Shown one piece after another: positions 7,930 through 16,266 of a DNA stretch of 20,562 nucleotides. Position numbers and translations under genes: made by a program. Numbering within the stretch: the stretch's first letter is position 1; the number at the start of each line of letters is the position of its first letter. The notes under the pieces were generated by a model. It worked only from the letters and a program-made list of their open reading frames with translations, ran no database searches and was not told the origin of the DNA. Origin of the DNA: Myxococcota bacterium (GTDB lineage Bacteria > Myxococcota > Myxococcia > Myxococcales > Myxococcaceae); contig JBMORD010000219.1 in the NCBI GenBank assembly GCA_049322495.1, forward strand, positions 64,001 to 84,562, written 5' to 3'.

Positions 7930-9305
7930 AGCGCCTCGTCGTCGCGGCCGCGCTCTTCTTCGGGTGCGCGACTCCCCTGCGCGTGAGCGAGGGGCGGGTG
8001 CTGCCTCCGGAGCTGCAGTTCGACCCGACCAGGCTCTCCGTTGGCGCTCCTGCGACGGTGCCCGCGCCTGCGGTGGAGCACCTCGCGCTCCCGAACGGGC
8101 TGCGGGTCTCGTTCGTCGAAGCGCGCGGCGCCGGCCTGGTCGACGTCTCGCTGCTGGTGCGCTGTGGGCGAGTCGACGACGCCCCGGGCGTGCCCGGTGC
8201 GAGCGAGGCGATGCTCTCGCTGGCGTTCTCCGGCGGGGCTGGCGACCTCGATGCCCGGGCGCTCCGCGCGGGCTTCCGGGCGCTGGGGAGCGTGCCCGCG
8301 CTGTCGGTCGACGACGGAGAGATGTGGGCGGCCTCGCTGGTGCTGTCGGAGCACCTCGAGCGCTACCTCGAGCTCGTCGCGCTGGTGCTGCGCGCCCCGC
8401 GCTTCGAGGCGGACGCGGTGCGTGACGAGCTGGAGCGTCGGTCGCGCGCCGTCGAGCTGCCTGCCACGCGTGCGAGCAGCCTCGCCTTCGTGGCGCGTCA
8501 GCGCGCCATCTACGCGGGCAGTCCTCAGCTCGCGCAGTCGGTCAGCAGCGGTGCCCTGGCGAAGCTCTCGCGCGAGCAGCTCGTCGAGCGTGCGAGTCGC
8601 TGCCTCGGCGCGAGCAACGTCGCGCTGGCCGTCTCGGGAGACCTCTCCCGCGCGCAGCTCGAGGCGGCGCTCGCCCCGCTGGCCGCCGTTCCCACCGGCG
8701 CGTCGGTCACGCATCCTCCGGCGCCGTTCGTCGCGCGCGCGCGTTCCGTGACGCTGCAGCCCACCGATGCCGACCAGGTCGACGTGACGCTCGTCGGTCC
8801 CGGCTTGCCCCCCGGCGGAGACCGGAGCGCGGCGAACCTGCTCGCGGAGCTCGTCCGCTCGAGCCTGCAGTGGGAGCTCCGCGACGCGGGCAAGGTCTAC
8901 TCCGTGCGGGTGATGGTCGACGTCGGCCCGGGCGACGGGGCGACGTGGGTGCGCTTCACGACTCGGCGAGAGGTGGCCTTCGAGGCCACGCGCCGCGCCC
9001 TCTCGATGTTCGAGCGCTGGTGGCAGCGCTGGCCGCTGACGACCGAGCTGATCGACAAGGTGAAGAAGCGGCAGTCGCGGAACCTCGAGCCGCCCGAGCG
9101 ACGCGCCTTCGCGCACGCGCGCGCACGCCTGCAGGACCTCGCCATCTTCGACGGAGTGGCCTGGGACGCAGGGCCCCTCGAGGTGAAGGAGCACCAGCTG
9201 CGCGCCTTCTTCGTCCGCGCCTTCAAACCTGTGCAGCTCCAGCTCGTCGTGACCGGGCCGTTCGACCCGGCCAGCCCCTGGCAGACCCTCGCGGCGCCGA
9301 AGTGA
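7926..9305 (+). CDS. M16-like peptidase partner subunit, predicted non-catalytic, lipoprotein
   Basis: The track ORF 7692..9305 has an Arg/Pro-rich N-extension. The real start is the ATG at 7926 (Met 79), which has GGAGGG upstream and forms an ATGA overlap with the upstream stop. Signal peptide MKRLVVAAALFFGC (lipobox). M16 two-domain length, but HxxEH is absent (GASEAMLSLAFSGG at the equivalent position), so it is the inactive partner of an M16B-type heterodimer. Confidence 0.75.
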   Translation: MKRLVVAAALFFGCATPLRVSEGRVLPPELQFDPTRLSVGAPATVPAPAVEHLALPNGLRVSFVEARGAGLVDVSLLVRCGRVDDAPGVPGASEAMLSLAFSGGAGDLDARALRAGFRALGSVPALSVDDGEMWAASLVLSEHLERYLELVALVLRAPRFEADAVRDELERRSRAVELPATRASSLAFVARQRAIYAGSPQLAQSVSSGALAKLSREQLVERASRCLGASNVALAVSGDLSRAQLEAALAPLAAVPTGASVTHPPAPFVARARSVTLQPTDADQVDVTLVGPGLPPGGDRSAANLLAELVRSSLQWELRDAGKVYSVRVMVDVGPGDGATWVRFTTRREVAFEATRRALSMFERWWQRWPLTTELIDKVKKRQSRNLEPPERRAFAHARARLQDLAIFDGVAWDAGPLEVKEHQLRAFFVRAFKPVQLQLVVTGPFDPASPWQTLAAPK

Positions 9306-9308
9306 AGG

Positions 9309-9782
9309 TCAGCGCCCGCGCTTCTGGTACGTGCCCATCAGCACCGCGGTCGCCAGCACGTGGCCTTCCATCGCCGCCTCGAGCTGCTTGCGCTTCGGCG
9401 TGTGCAGGTCGGGCAGCACGGTGTCGAGCGCGAACAGCCGGTGGAAGTAGCGGTGCCGGCCGATGGGCGGGCAGGGGCCGCCGTACCCGGTGCGGCCGGA
9501 GTCGGTGACGCCCTCCAGCGCGCCGCGTGGGAGCTGCCGCACGTTCTGCTCGAGGCCGTGGCAGCTCGCGGGGAGGTTGTAGACGGCCCAGTGCAGCCAC
9601 ACGCGCTTCGGCGCTGCCGGGTCCGGCGCGTCGGGGTCGTCGATGATCAGCACGAAGCTCTTCGTGCCCGCGGGGGCGCCGCTCCAGCTCAGCGGGGGTG
9701 ACTCGTCGTCGCCTTCGCAGGTGAAGACCGCGGGGAGCTCGGCGCCGTCCTGGAAGGCGGGTGAGGTGAGGGTGAGCGTCAT
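9309..9782 (-). CDS. YbhB/YbcL family PEBP (Raf-kinase-inhibitor-like) protein
   Basis: The track ORF 9309..10379 carries a 199-aa Arg-rich N-extension. The true start is Met 200 (ATG at 9780-9782) with a perfect AGGAGG 8 nt upstream. MTLTLTSPAFQDGAELPAVFTCEGDDESPPLSW...IIDDPDAPDP...GYGGPCPPIGRHRYFHRLFALD is a textbook bacterial PEBP. Confidence 0.85.
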   Translation of the reverse strand: MTLTLTSPAFQDGAELPAVFTCEGDDESPPLSWSGAPAGTKSFVLIIDDPDAPDPAAPKRVWLHWAVYNLPASCHGLEQNVRQLPRGALEGVTDSGRTGYGGPCPPIGRHRYFHRLFALDTVLPDLHTPKRKQLEAAMEGHVLATAVLMGTYQKRGR

Positions 9783-9814
9783 GACGGGGTCCTCCTGGGC
9801 GGAGGATACGGCCG

Positions 9815-11563
9815 TCAGTCGACGCCGGCGTCGACGCTGTTGAGCTTTCTCGTGCCCATGGCTGATGGCCACGCGTAGCTGGTCCAGCTGTCGAGCCCCC
9901 ACACCGTGATGCCGAACGGGAGCGCGCTCGTCGCCGAGTGCACGCCGGCCTCGCAGCCGCTCGAGAGGTTGAGGCTCCACCCCAGCGTCGCGTACTGCGT
10001 GTCGGGCGTGACGGTGTGCCACGAGAGCGTCGGACCGCAGTCGAGCGACACCGGCGCGAACCGGCCGTTCACCGCGCGGCGCACGAAGACGAGCTGGGTC
10101 TGGGTGTACGTCGGGTCGACGAAGAAGAGGTGCTTCGCGAGGAACTGCCCGGGCGGCACGAGCAGCACCCAGTCGGGGTCGCCGAGGCCGCCGAAGTCCC
10201 AGCCTCCCGTCATCAGCTGCGAGATGCCGAAGACGTGCTCGTCGTCCTGTGCGGTGACGACGAAGGGCCCGCGCGCGGCGAACTCCACCTGCTGGCCGGC
10301 GGCGAGCGTCCGCGGCGCGCCGGCGACCGGCGGGGTCCACGTCAGCGTGGTGCCGTCCACCACGCCCACCACGCGCCACAGCGCCTCTTCCTCGTCGGCG
10401 CCGCGCGTCGGGTAGCGCACGCCGACGTACTCATGGCTGAGCTGCGCGACCGGCGGGAGCTGCTGATGCGCGGAGTCGCACGCCTGCGTGCCGAGCGGCT
10501 TGTTCATGCACGGCGTGCCGCCGAACACCGCGACGGGGCGCGACGAGCGGATGAAGGCCCCACCGAGCTCGGCGCTCTGGAGCACCTGCGCCACCTCACC
10601 CTTCGCCAGGGTCCAGCTGGCGAGAGCGCCCGCCGCGGCGCCCGGCAGCCCCGGCCCGCTGGAGATCGCCACCGGGGCCTTGAGCTGCACCACGGTGCGG
10701 TCCTCCTGCGCGACGATCTGCAGGTAGGCGTTCGGTGCGGGCGTCATCGCCACGTACGACGTCGACCACGCGGAGGTGGGCAGCAGCAGGCTCGCGCTCG
10801 TCACGTGGCTCGTCGCGCCGCCGTACGGGTAGAGGTCCCACGCCGCGACCGGCGCGGTGGTCTTCACCACGAAGGCGTCGAAGCGCGCGCCATCGTCGAA
10901 CTGGTACGCGTCGGACACCGCCGGCTCGACCGGGCAGAGCACGCGCCCGGGGAAGTCGCCGAGCGTCGAGTGCGCGAGGAACAGCAGCGCCATCTCGCCC
11001 GGCGGGAGCGACACCTTGCCGCCCACCGTCGGCAGCGGCTCATAGGTGAGCTCGCCGCTGCCCTGCCGCACTGCGCGCCGCGCGAAGTCGCGGGCGTCGA
11101 GCGTACGGGTGCCACGGGTCACCTCGAGCTGCACCGCGCGCTGGCGCGTGTTGGCGACGATGACCGCGTAGCAGGAGCCCTTCGTCTCGAACTGGGGAGG
11201 CACCGCCGCGGCGTAGAACTCGCACCCCAGCGTGCTCTGCTCGGCGACGGCGGCGACGCAGGGCGACAGGCAGCTCGCCACCGCGCAGACCAGGCCCGAC
11301 GCACAGCGCGTGGCGTTCCCTGCGCAGTCGACGACGCTCAGGCCATCGGCGCTGCAGCCCGGGCAGACACCGCCATCGACGCCGCCGTCGGCCCCCGCGC
11401 CTCCGCCACCGCCTGGCTGCATCCCGGGGCCGGAGGAGATCGGCCGCCCGCCGCCCGGCGTCGGCTCGCGCGGCTCGCATTGGCACCCGCAGAGGAGAAC
11501 CACGCCGAGCACCGCCCACGCGCGCATGACGACCAGTAGGCCGCGAAGCGGGGCCGCGGTCAA
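9815..11563 (-). CDS. secreted Cys-rich protein with signal peptide (possible lipoprotein); unknown function
   Basis: TTG start at 11561-11563, with GGAGAGG 5 nt upstream on the minus strand (alternative in-frame ATG at 11527, Met 13). Signal peptide ...LLVVMRAWAVLGVVLLCGCQC. About 14 Cys fall in the first ~120 mature residues (CPGCSADGLSVVDCAGNATRCASGLVCAVASCLSPC), followed by a long beta-rich region. Confidence 0.65.
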   Translation of the reverse strand: MTAAPLRGLLVVMRAWAVLGVVLLCGCQCEPREPTPGGGRPISSGPGMQPGGGGGAGADGGVDGGVCPGCSADGLSVVDCAGNATRCASGLVCAVASCLSPCVAAVAEQSTLGCEFYAAAVPPQFETKGSCYAVIVANTRQRAVQLEVTRGTRTLDARDFARRAVRQGSGELTYEPLPTVGGKVSLPPGEMALLFLAHSTLGDFPGRVLCPVEPAVSDAYQFDDGARFDAFVVKTTAPVAAWDLYPYGGATSHVTSASLLLPTSAWSTSYVAMTPAPNAYLQIVAQEDRTVVQLKAPVAISSGPGLPGAAAGALASWTLAKGEVAQVLQSAELGGAFIRSSRPVAVFGGTPCMNKPLGTQACDSAHQQLPPVAQLSHEYVGVRYPTRGADEEEALWRVVGVVDGTTLTWTPPVAGAPRTLAAGQQVEFAARGPFVVTAQDDEHVFGISQLMTGGWDFGGLGDPDWVLLVPPGQFLAKHLFFVDPTYTQTQLVFVRRAVNGRFAPVSLDCGPTLSWHTVTPDTQYATLGWSLNLSSGCEAGVHSATSALPFGITVWGLDSWTSYAWPSAMGTRKLNSVDAGVD

Positions 11564-11662
11564 TGCAGCCTCTCCGCGAGTCGGGCTCGACCTCCAGACG
11601 ACACCTGCGCGCGCGGCGACGGCGCACTATGCATTTCGAGCGACCCCAGCAAGGAGTAGCCC

Positions 11663-12034
11663 ATGAGCAGAGCCCCCGAACGACGTCGCTTCTGGCGCGC
11701 GACCTTCCACGCGCCGGTGACGCTCGCCGACGAGCGCGCCGAGTGTGCCGCGCAGCTCGAGGACATCTCGCTGCACGGCGCGCTGCTCGAGGTGCCCGAC
11801 GGCTGGGGCTCGGAGGTCGGCAGCACCTGTCGCTTCACGGTGCGGCTGGGCTCGAGTGATGGGCCCAGCATCTCGATGAGCGGCCGGGTGCGCCACCGCG
11901 AGGGGCGCCACGTCGGCGTGGAGTGCGAGAGCATCGACCTCGACAGCATCACCCACCTCCGGCGCCTGGTGGAGCTCAACAGCGGAGACCCGTCACTGCT
12001 CGAGACCGAGCTGGCCGCGCTGATCCACGGCTGA
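11663..12034 (+). CDS. PilZ domain protein (c-di-GMP receptor)
   Basis: RxxxR motif (ERRRFWR) and D-x-S-x-G-G motif (DISLHGALL), which are the two c-di-GMP-binding signatures of PilZ. 123 aa; AAGGAG RBS ~7 nt upstream of the ATG. Confidence 0.8.
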   Translation: MSRAPERRRFWRATFHAPVTLADERAECAAQLEDISLHGALLEVPDGWGSEVGSTCRFTVRLGSSDGPSISMSGRVRHREGRHVGVECESIDLDSITHLRRLVELNSGDPSLLETELAALIHG

Positions 12035-12037
12035 AGC

Positions 12038-13435
12038 TCAGTCGGCAGGCGTGACGCGCACCGCGAGCAGGTGCCCGTTGCTCGCCGCGAGCTGCGCCGC
12101 GAGCGCGAGCTCGGCGGGCGTGCCGGTCCACGTGAAGTCGAGCGTCGGCGGTGGTGCTCTCGGCGCGTCGACGCGGAGGACCTCGTTCCAGCGCACGGTG
12201 TCGGTCGCGCGCGTCACCACCAGCGCCTCGCCGTCGAGCGTGGCGCGCCCCACGCAGCCCTCGCACACCTCGTCGGTGAAGAGCAGGCGCACGGGCACGG
12301 CGAGCTGCACGTCGGCGACGATGGCCGCCACGCTCGCGAGCAGCGGCGCGAGCCCCGCGGTGTGCGGCTGCTTCGCGCGGCCGACGAGCTCGAGCGAGAA
12401 GCCGCGGCCGTGGGCCTCGCGCAGCAGCGGCTCGAGCTGCGCGCGCGTGAGCGACGGCGTGAGGCTGACGGCCACCCACGTCATGCCCCAGCGGGCCTCG
12501 AGCGCCCCATCATCGAGCGCGCCCGGCAGCGTGAGCGCCTCGGTGCTCGTGGCGAGCCCCTCCACCGTCTGCAGCGGCGTCTGCGGGGCGGGGTCGCTGC
12601 GGAGCGCCTGCTCGCCGAGCACCAGCAGGCCCCGGGCTCCAACACCGAAGACGACGAGCGCGGCGGCGGTCGAGAGGCCCACGAGGCGGGAGCTGCGCGC
12701 CGCGACGACGCCACCGGCCACCGCGACCACGAGGCTGGCGAGGAACAGGCCCGCCGCGAGGCGCGAGAGCGGCTCGAGCTCCCGCGCGGTCGCGAGGACG
12801 AGGGCGAGGCGGTCGACGGGCGCCGCGTGGGCGATGGCGCGGAACGCGCTGCGCACCTCGAGCACGCGCAGCAGCGCCGCGCCGAGTGAGGCGGCCAGCA
12901 CGCTCGCCCCCAGCGCGGTCACCAGGCGCGCGCCGCGCTGCGGTGCGCCGAGGGCGACGAGCGCGGCGACGGCGAGCGCCAGACAGGCAGCGGTGAGGAT
13001 CGCCAGCGCCTGCGACGAGAGCGAGAGCAGCTCGCTGATCGACCCCGCGAGGATGGTGGCGCGATCGAGCGGCGAGGCGTGGATCACCGCCGCGCGCGCG
13101 GCGCCCATGCCGTTGCTGGTGCCGAAGAAGGCGGCCACCGAGGTGAGCAGGAAGGGCGAGAGGGCGAGCGCGCTCGAGAGCGACGGGCGGCGCACCGAGA
13201 GCCCCATCAGCCCCGCGCTCAGCAGCCCCGCGAGGCCGCTGGTGGCGAGCACCACGTAGCTGAAGAGGCCTCCTTCGGCGACGGTCTCGGCGAGCGTCGC
13301 GAAGCCTTCGCCATCGGCGGCGCGCGTGAGCACGAGCAGCAGCGCGAACGACAGCGGGCCCGCGGCGAGCACCAGCGCGCCCGAGAGCAGGGCGAGCGAC
13401 ATCGGCCCGGACGTCTGTGGCGACTTCGATTCCAT
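12038..13435 (-). CDS. polytopic integral membrane protein with C-terminal soluble domain; unknown function
   Basis: The first ~300 aa has about 8 hydrophobic helices (LALLSGALVLAAGPLSFALLLVL..., LVVFGVGARGLLVL...). The ~165-aa C-terminus is non-hydrophobic. Divergent from ATP-grasp gene 2, with a shared 68-nt intergenic region. Confidence 0.6.
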   Translation of the reverse strand: MESKSPQTSGPMSLALLSGALVLAAGPLSFALLLVLTRAADGEGFATLAETVAEGGLFSYVVLATSGLAGLLSAGLMGLSVRRPSLSSALALSPFLLTSVAAFFGTSNGMGAARAAVIHASPLDRATILAGSISELLSLSSQALAILTAACLALAVAALVALGAPQRGARLVTALGASVLAASLGAALLRVLEVRSAFRAIAHAAPVDRLALVLATARELEPLSRLAAGLFLASLVVAVAGGVVAARSSRLVGLSTAAALVVFGVGARGLLVLGEQALRSDPAPQTPLQTVEGLATSTEALTLPGALDDGALEARWGMTWVAVSLTPSLTRAQLEPLLREAHGRGFSLELVGRAKQPHTAGLAPLLASVAAIVADVQLAVPVRLLFTDEVCEGCVGRATLDGEALVVTRATDTVRWNEVLRVDAPRAPPPTLDFTWTGTPAELALAAQLAASNGHLLAVRVTPAD

Positions 13436-13503
13436 GCCGCACGTTTGAGACGCGCGCCCAACGAAGTCAACGAACGCGCGGACGCCTGTAGTACGAGTCG
13501 TTC
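13436..13503. promoter_or_regulatory. divergent promoter region between membrane protein gene (-) and ATP-grasp gene 2 (+)
   Basis: TAGTAC ends exactly 9 nt before the ATG at 13504 and there is no SD. This matches the spacing and TAG-hexamer position seen upstream of ATP-grasp gene 1. Confidence 0.3.
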
Positions 13504-14715
13504 ATGCGCACCGTCGTCTTCGTCGTCCCGTACCCCGCGGAAACGTCCATCCGCTTCGCGCGCGCCCTCGCGGAGTTGAAGAGCGTCCGGCTCATCGGCC
13601 TGGTCCAGAAGGCGCCCACGGGGCCGGCGGCGAAGCCCTTCGCCAACTTCGTGAAGGTCGACGACGCGTTCGACGTGAAGCAGCTCATCGGGGCCTGCGA
13701 GAAGGTGCGCAAGCGGTACGGCGGGCTCCACACGGTGCAGGGCGTGCTCGAGCCGCTGCAGGTGCCGCTCGCGGAGGTGCGCGCGCACTTCGGCATTCCC
13801 GGCACGTCGCCGAAGACGGCGGATCTCTTCCGCGACAAGGCGCGCATGAAGGACGCGCTGCGGGCGGCTGGGCTGCCGTGCGCGCGGCACCGCCTCATCG
13901 GCTCGCTCGCCGACGCCATCGGCTTCGTGCAGCAGGTCGGCTTCCCCATCGTGCTCAAGCCACCCGCAGGCGCGGGCTGCAAGGCGACCTGGCGCATCAA
14001 GAGCCTCGAGGAGCTGCAGAGCGCCATCGAGGCCATCCACCCGCGGCCCGACAGCCCGACCCTCGCCGAGGAGTTCCTCAAGGGCCGCGAGTACTGCTTC
14101 GACACCGTCACCGTGAAGGGCAAGGTGCGCTTCGAGAACGTGAGCCGCTACTACCCGGGCCCGCTCGAGGTGACCGAGAACCCGTGGATCCAGTGGACCA
14201 CGCTGCAGCCGCAGCACCTCACGCCGGATCTCGACGACGCGCGCGAGCTGGGTCGCAAGGCGATCAAGGCGCTCGGGCTGTCGACCGGCTTCACGCACAT
14301 GGAGTGGTTCCGCCGCGACGACGGCACGCTGGCCATCGGGGAGATCGCCGCCCGCCCGCCCGGCGCGAACTTCGTGGAGATGATGGGCTTCGGGCACGAC
14401 GCCGACATGTACCGGGCGTGGGCGCGCGCGGTGGTCGACGAGGCGTTCGACGGGCCGTTCGAGCGCCAGTACGCGGTGGGCTGCGCGTACCTGCGCGGCA
14501 TGGGCCGCGGCCGCGTGCAGCGCGTGACGGGCGTGAAGGAGGCGCAGGAGAAGGTGAAGGGCCTGGTGATGAAGGCGAAGCTCCCGCGCGTGGGCCAGCC
14601 CAGGTCGGATCACTACGAGGGCGACGGCTACGTCATCGTGCGCCACCCCGACACCGAGGTGGTCAAGCGCGCGCTCAAGACGCTCATCGAGACCATCCGC
14701 ATCGAGTACGCATGA
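13504..14715 (+). CDS. ATP-grasp domain ligase (paralogue of 5213..6433)
   Basis: EEFLKGREYCFDTVTV, GFTHMEWFRRDDG and GEIAARPPGANF motifs, and a pre-ATP-grasp N-domain. Its stop overlaps the start of the next gene (ATGA at 14712-14715). Confidence 0.85.
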   Translation: MRTVVFVVPYPAETSIRFARALAELKSVRLIGLVQKAPTGPAAKPFANFVKVDDAFDVKQLIGACEKVRKRYGGLHTVQGVLEPLQVPLAEVRAHFGIPGTSPKTADLFRDKARMKDALRAAGLPCARHRLIGSLADAIGFVQQVGFPIVLKPPAGAGCKATWRIKSLEELQSAIEAIHPRPDSPTLAEEFLKGREYCFDTVTVKGKVRFENVSRYYPGPLEVTENPWIQWTTLQPQHLTPDLDDARELGRKAIKALGLSTGFTHMEWFRRDDGTLAIGEIAARPPGANFVEMMGFGHDADMYRAWARAVVDEAFDGPFERQYAVGCAYLRGMGRGRVQRVTGVKEAQEKVKGLVMKAKLPRVGQPRSDHYEGDGYVIVRHPDTEVVKRALKTLIETIRIEYA

Positions 14716-15608
14716 ACCTCCCCGAGAGCATCGCTGGCGTCGTCGAGGTGAAGGTGTACCGCGGCGGTTCCCGGCACTGGCTGCTGATCGAGGTGCCGCA
14801 CGGCGCGACGCGCCGCAGTGAGTACGACGCCGTCGCCGCGAAGCTGAAGAGCCGCCTGCCCGCGCAGCTCGAGCACTTCTTCTTCGTGAACACCGACGTC
14901 GGCGCGCCCGAAGGCGCCGACTGGCTCGGCCGCACGCTCTCGCGCGAGGGGCTCAACGTGGTGGTGGCGCGCTGCGAGCTCCCGCGGACCTTCATCGACA
15001 CCAACCGCGTCATCGAGAAGACCGAGCAGGGCGTGGTGAAGGACGGCCTCACCGCGGCGGTGCCCGGCTACGTCGACTCGCGTGAAGACGTCGCGTGGCT
15101 CTCGTCGCTCCACGCGCAGTACCACCGCGTCGTCGAGCCGCTGTACCAGGAGGTCTGCCGCGGGGCCGACGGGCTGGCGCTGCAGCTCCACTCGTACTCG
15201 CCGCGCTCGGTGGGCATCGAGCGGGTCGACGCCAACATCGTCGAGGCGCTGCACGCCGCGTACGTCCCCGAGGTGTACGCGACGTGGCCCGAGCGGCCGC
15301 CGGTCGACCTCATCTCCGCCACGAAGGACGGCAGCTTCCGCACCGCGCCGCGCCTCGTCGACGCGCTGCTCGCCGAGTACGCGAGCGCCGGCATCGGGGT
15401 GAAGGAGAACGGCACCTACTTCCTCGCGCCCGCCGCGATGGGGATGGTCTACGCGCAGCAGTACCCGCATCAGGTGGTGTGCGTGGAGCTCAACCGCGGC
15501 CTGGTGTGCGACCCCTTCGTGCCCTTCGGAGTCTCGCCGGTGAGCGAAGAGAAGCTCGGAGCGATGGTCTCGCCGCTGGCGCGCGTGCTGGGACAATTTC
15601 TGCGCTGA
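14712..15608 (+). CDS. N-formylglutamate amidohydrolase (FGase) family zinc amidohydrolase
   Basis: The real start is the ATG at 14712 (Met 279 of the off-frame fused track ORF 13878..15608), overlapping the ATP-grasp stop. FGase-family hallmarks: LIEVPHGATRRSE (HxG...E), FIDTNR (D-x-N-R) and LQLHSYSP (second His). 298 aa. Confidence 0.8.
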   Translation: MNLPESIAGVVEVKVYRGGSRHWLLIEVPHGATRRSEYDAVAAKLKSRLPAQLEHFFFVNTDVGAPEGADWLGRTLSREGLNVVVARCELPRTFIDTNRVIEKTEQGVVKDGLTAAVPGYVDSREDVAWLSSLHAQYHRVVEPLYQEVCRGADGLALQLHSYSPRSVGIERVDANIVEALHAAYVPEVYATWPERPPVDLISATKDGSFRTAPRLVDALLAEYASAGIGVKENGTYFLAPAAMGMVYAQQYPHQVVCVELNRGLVCDPFVPFGVSPVSEEKLGAMVSPLARVLGQFLR

Positions 15609-15665
15609 CCACTCCGGCGGGGGCGTACCATTCGCGCGTCGTCCCCTCACACAACCGGAGTCGTC

Positions 15666-16235
15666 ATGAACCTCGTGTCTCGCGTTGGTCTGCTCGCGCT
15701 GCTCGTCGGTGTCCTCGGTGGCTGTGGCTCGGCGTGGAAGGTGGTGCGCGTGTCGGGCCCGCCGTCGGCGCTCACCTCGGTGACCGACGTCGCGGTGGCC
15801 TTCGACTACAGCCAGATGATCATCGAGGGGAAGTACCAGGAGAAGGCGTGGCTCGACGTGAAGACCGCCGAGGATCCGAAGTACCCGGAGACCTGGGCTG
15901 ACCTGAAGGGCCGCTTCGAGAACGCGGTGCTCAACGGCGTGCGCGTGCAGTACCCGGGCGCGCACATGGTCTCGAGCGGGCAGGGCCAGGCGGTGATGGT
16001 GGTGCGGCCGCAGAGCTTCCAGCTCGGCAAGTTCATTCCCTTCTACAACCCGCCCACGGTGATCAACGCCAACCTCGGCTTCGACGTCGGCGGGCAGATC
16101 ACCGACGAGATCAACGTCACGCGCATGTACCCGGCGTCGGTGACGCAGCCCTCGGTCTTCAACCACATCGGCCACGTCGGTGACGGCATCGGCCGGCTCG
16201 GCGGCGCCTTCCTCGAGTCGCGCCGCGGGAAGTGA
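15666..16235 (+). CDS. lipoprotein, unknown function
   Basis: Signal peptide MNLVSRVGLLALLVGVLGGCGS with a lipobox Cys. GGAG lies 6 nt upstream of the ATG. It is 57 nt downstream of the FGase gene on the same strand. Confidence 0.65.
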   Translation: MNLVSRVGLLALLVGVLGGCGSAWKVVRVSGPPSALTSVTDVAVAFDYSQMIIEGKYQEKAWLDVKTAEDPKYPETWADLKGRFENAVLNGVRVQYPGAHMVSSGQGQAVMVVRPQSFQLGKFIPFYNPPTVINANLGFDVGGQITDEINVTRMYPASVTQPSVFNHIGHVGDGIGRLGGAFLESRRGK

Positions 16236-16266
16236 CGGGCGTCATCGCTTCGTCACGGCGCCCGGG

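Noticed and set aside
9783-10379. 199-aa N-terminal extension of the PEBP ORF in the track (9309..10379)
   Set aside because: The extension is Arg-rich low complexity. The internal ATG at 9782 has a perfect AGGAGG 8 nt upstream and yields a full-length YbhB-type protein. The extension would also overlap the next gene.
9938-11539. 533-aa plus-strand ORF antisense to the Cys-rich secreted protein (also 10735..11049, 11040..11627)
   Set aside because: Low-complexity Arg/His/Gly-rich antisense shadow. The minus-strand ORF has a signal peptide and an SD.
11564-11662. GGCCGCGaagcgGGGCCGCGG near the secreted-protein/PilZ divergent region, considered as a hairpin
   Set aside because: The arms are direct rather than inverted repeats of a self-palindromic CCGCGG/GCCGCG core, so there is no stable stem-loop. 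A possible single-character inconsistency in the printed sequence at about 11641 (judged against the ORF track) does not affect this conclusion.
12051-13442. Plus-strand 402-aa ORF and minus-strand 310-aa ORF overlapping the membrane protein gene
   Set aside because: Ser/Ala/Arg-rich shadows. The chosen frame encodes coherent transmembrane helices.
13219-14646. 475-aa minus-strand ORF antisense to ATP-grasp gene 2 (also 13467..14123 -, 14628..16175 -)
   Set aside because: Antisense shadows of genes with clear ATP-grasp, FGase and lipoprotein features.
13878-14711. Track ORF 13878..15608 (576 aa) read as one protein
   Set aside because: Its first 278 codons are an off-frame shadow inside the ATP-grasp gene. 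The real gene starts at the ATG at 14712, which overlaps the ATP-grasp stop.
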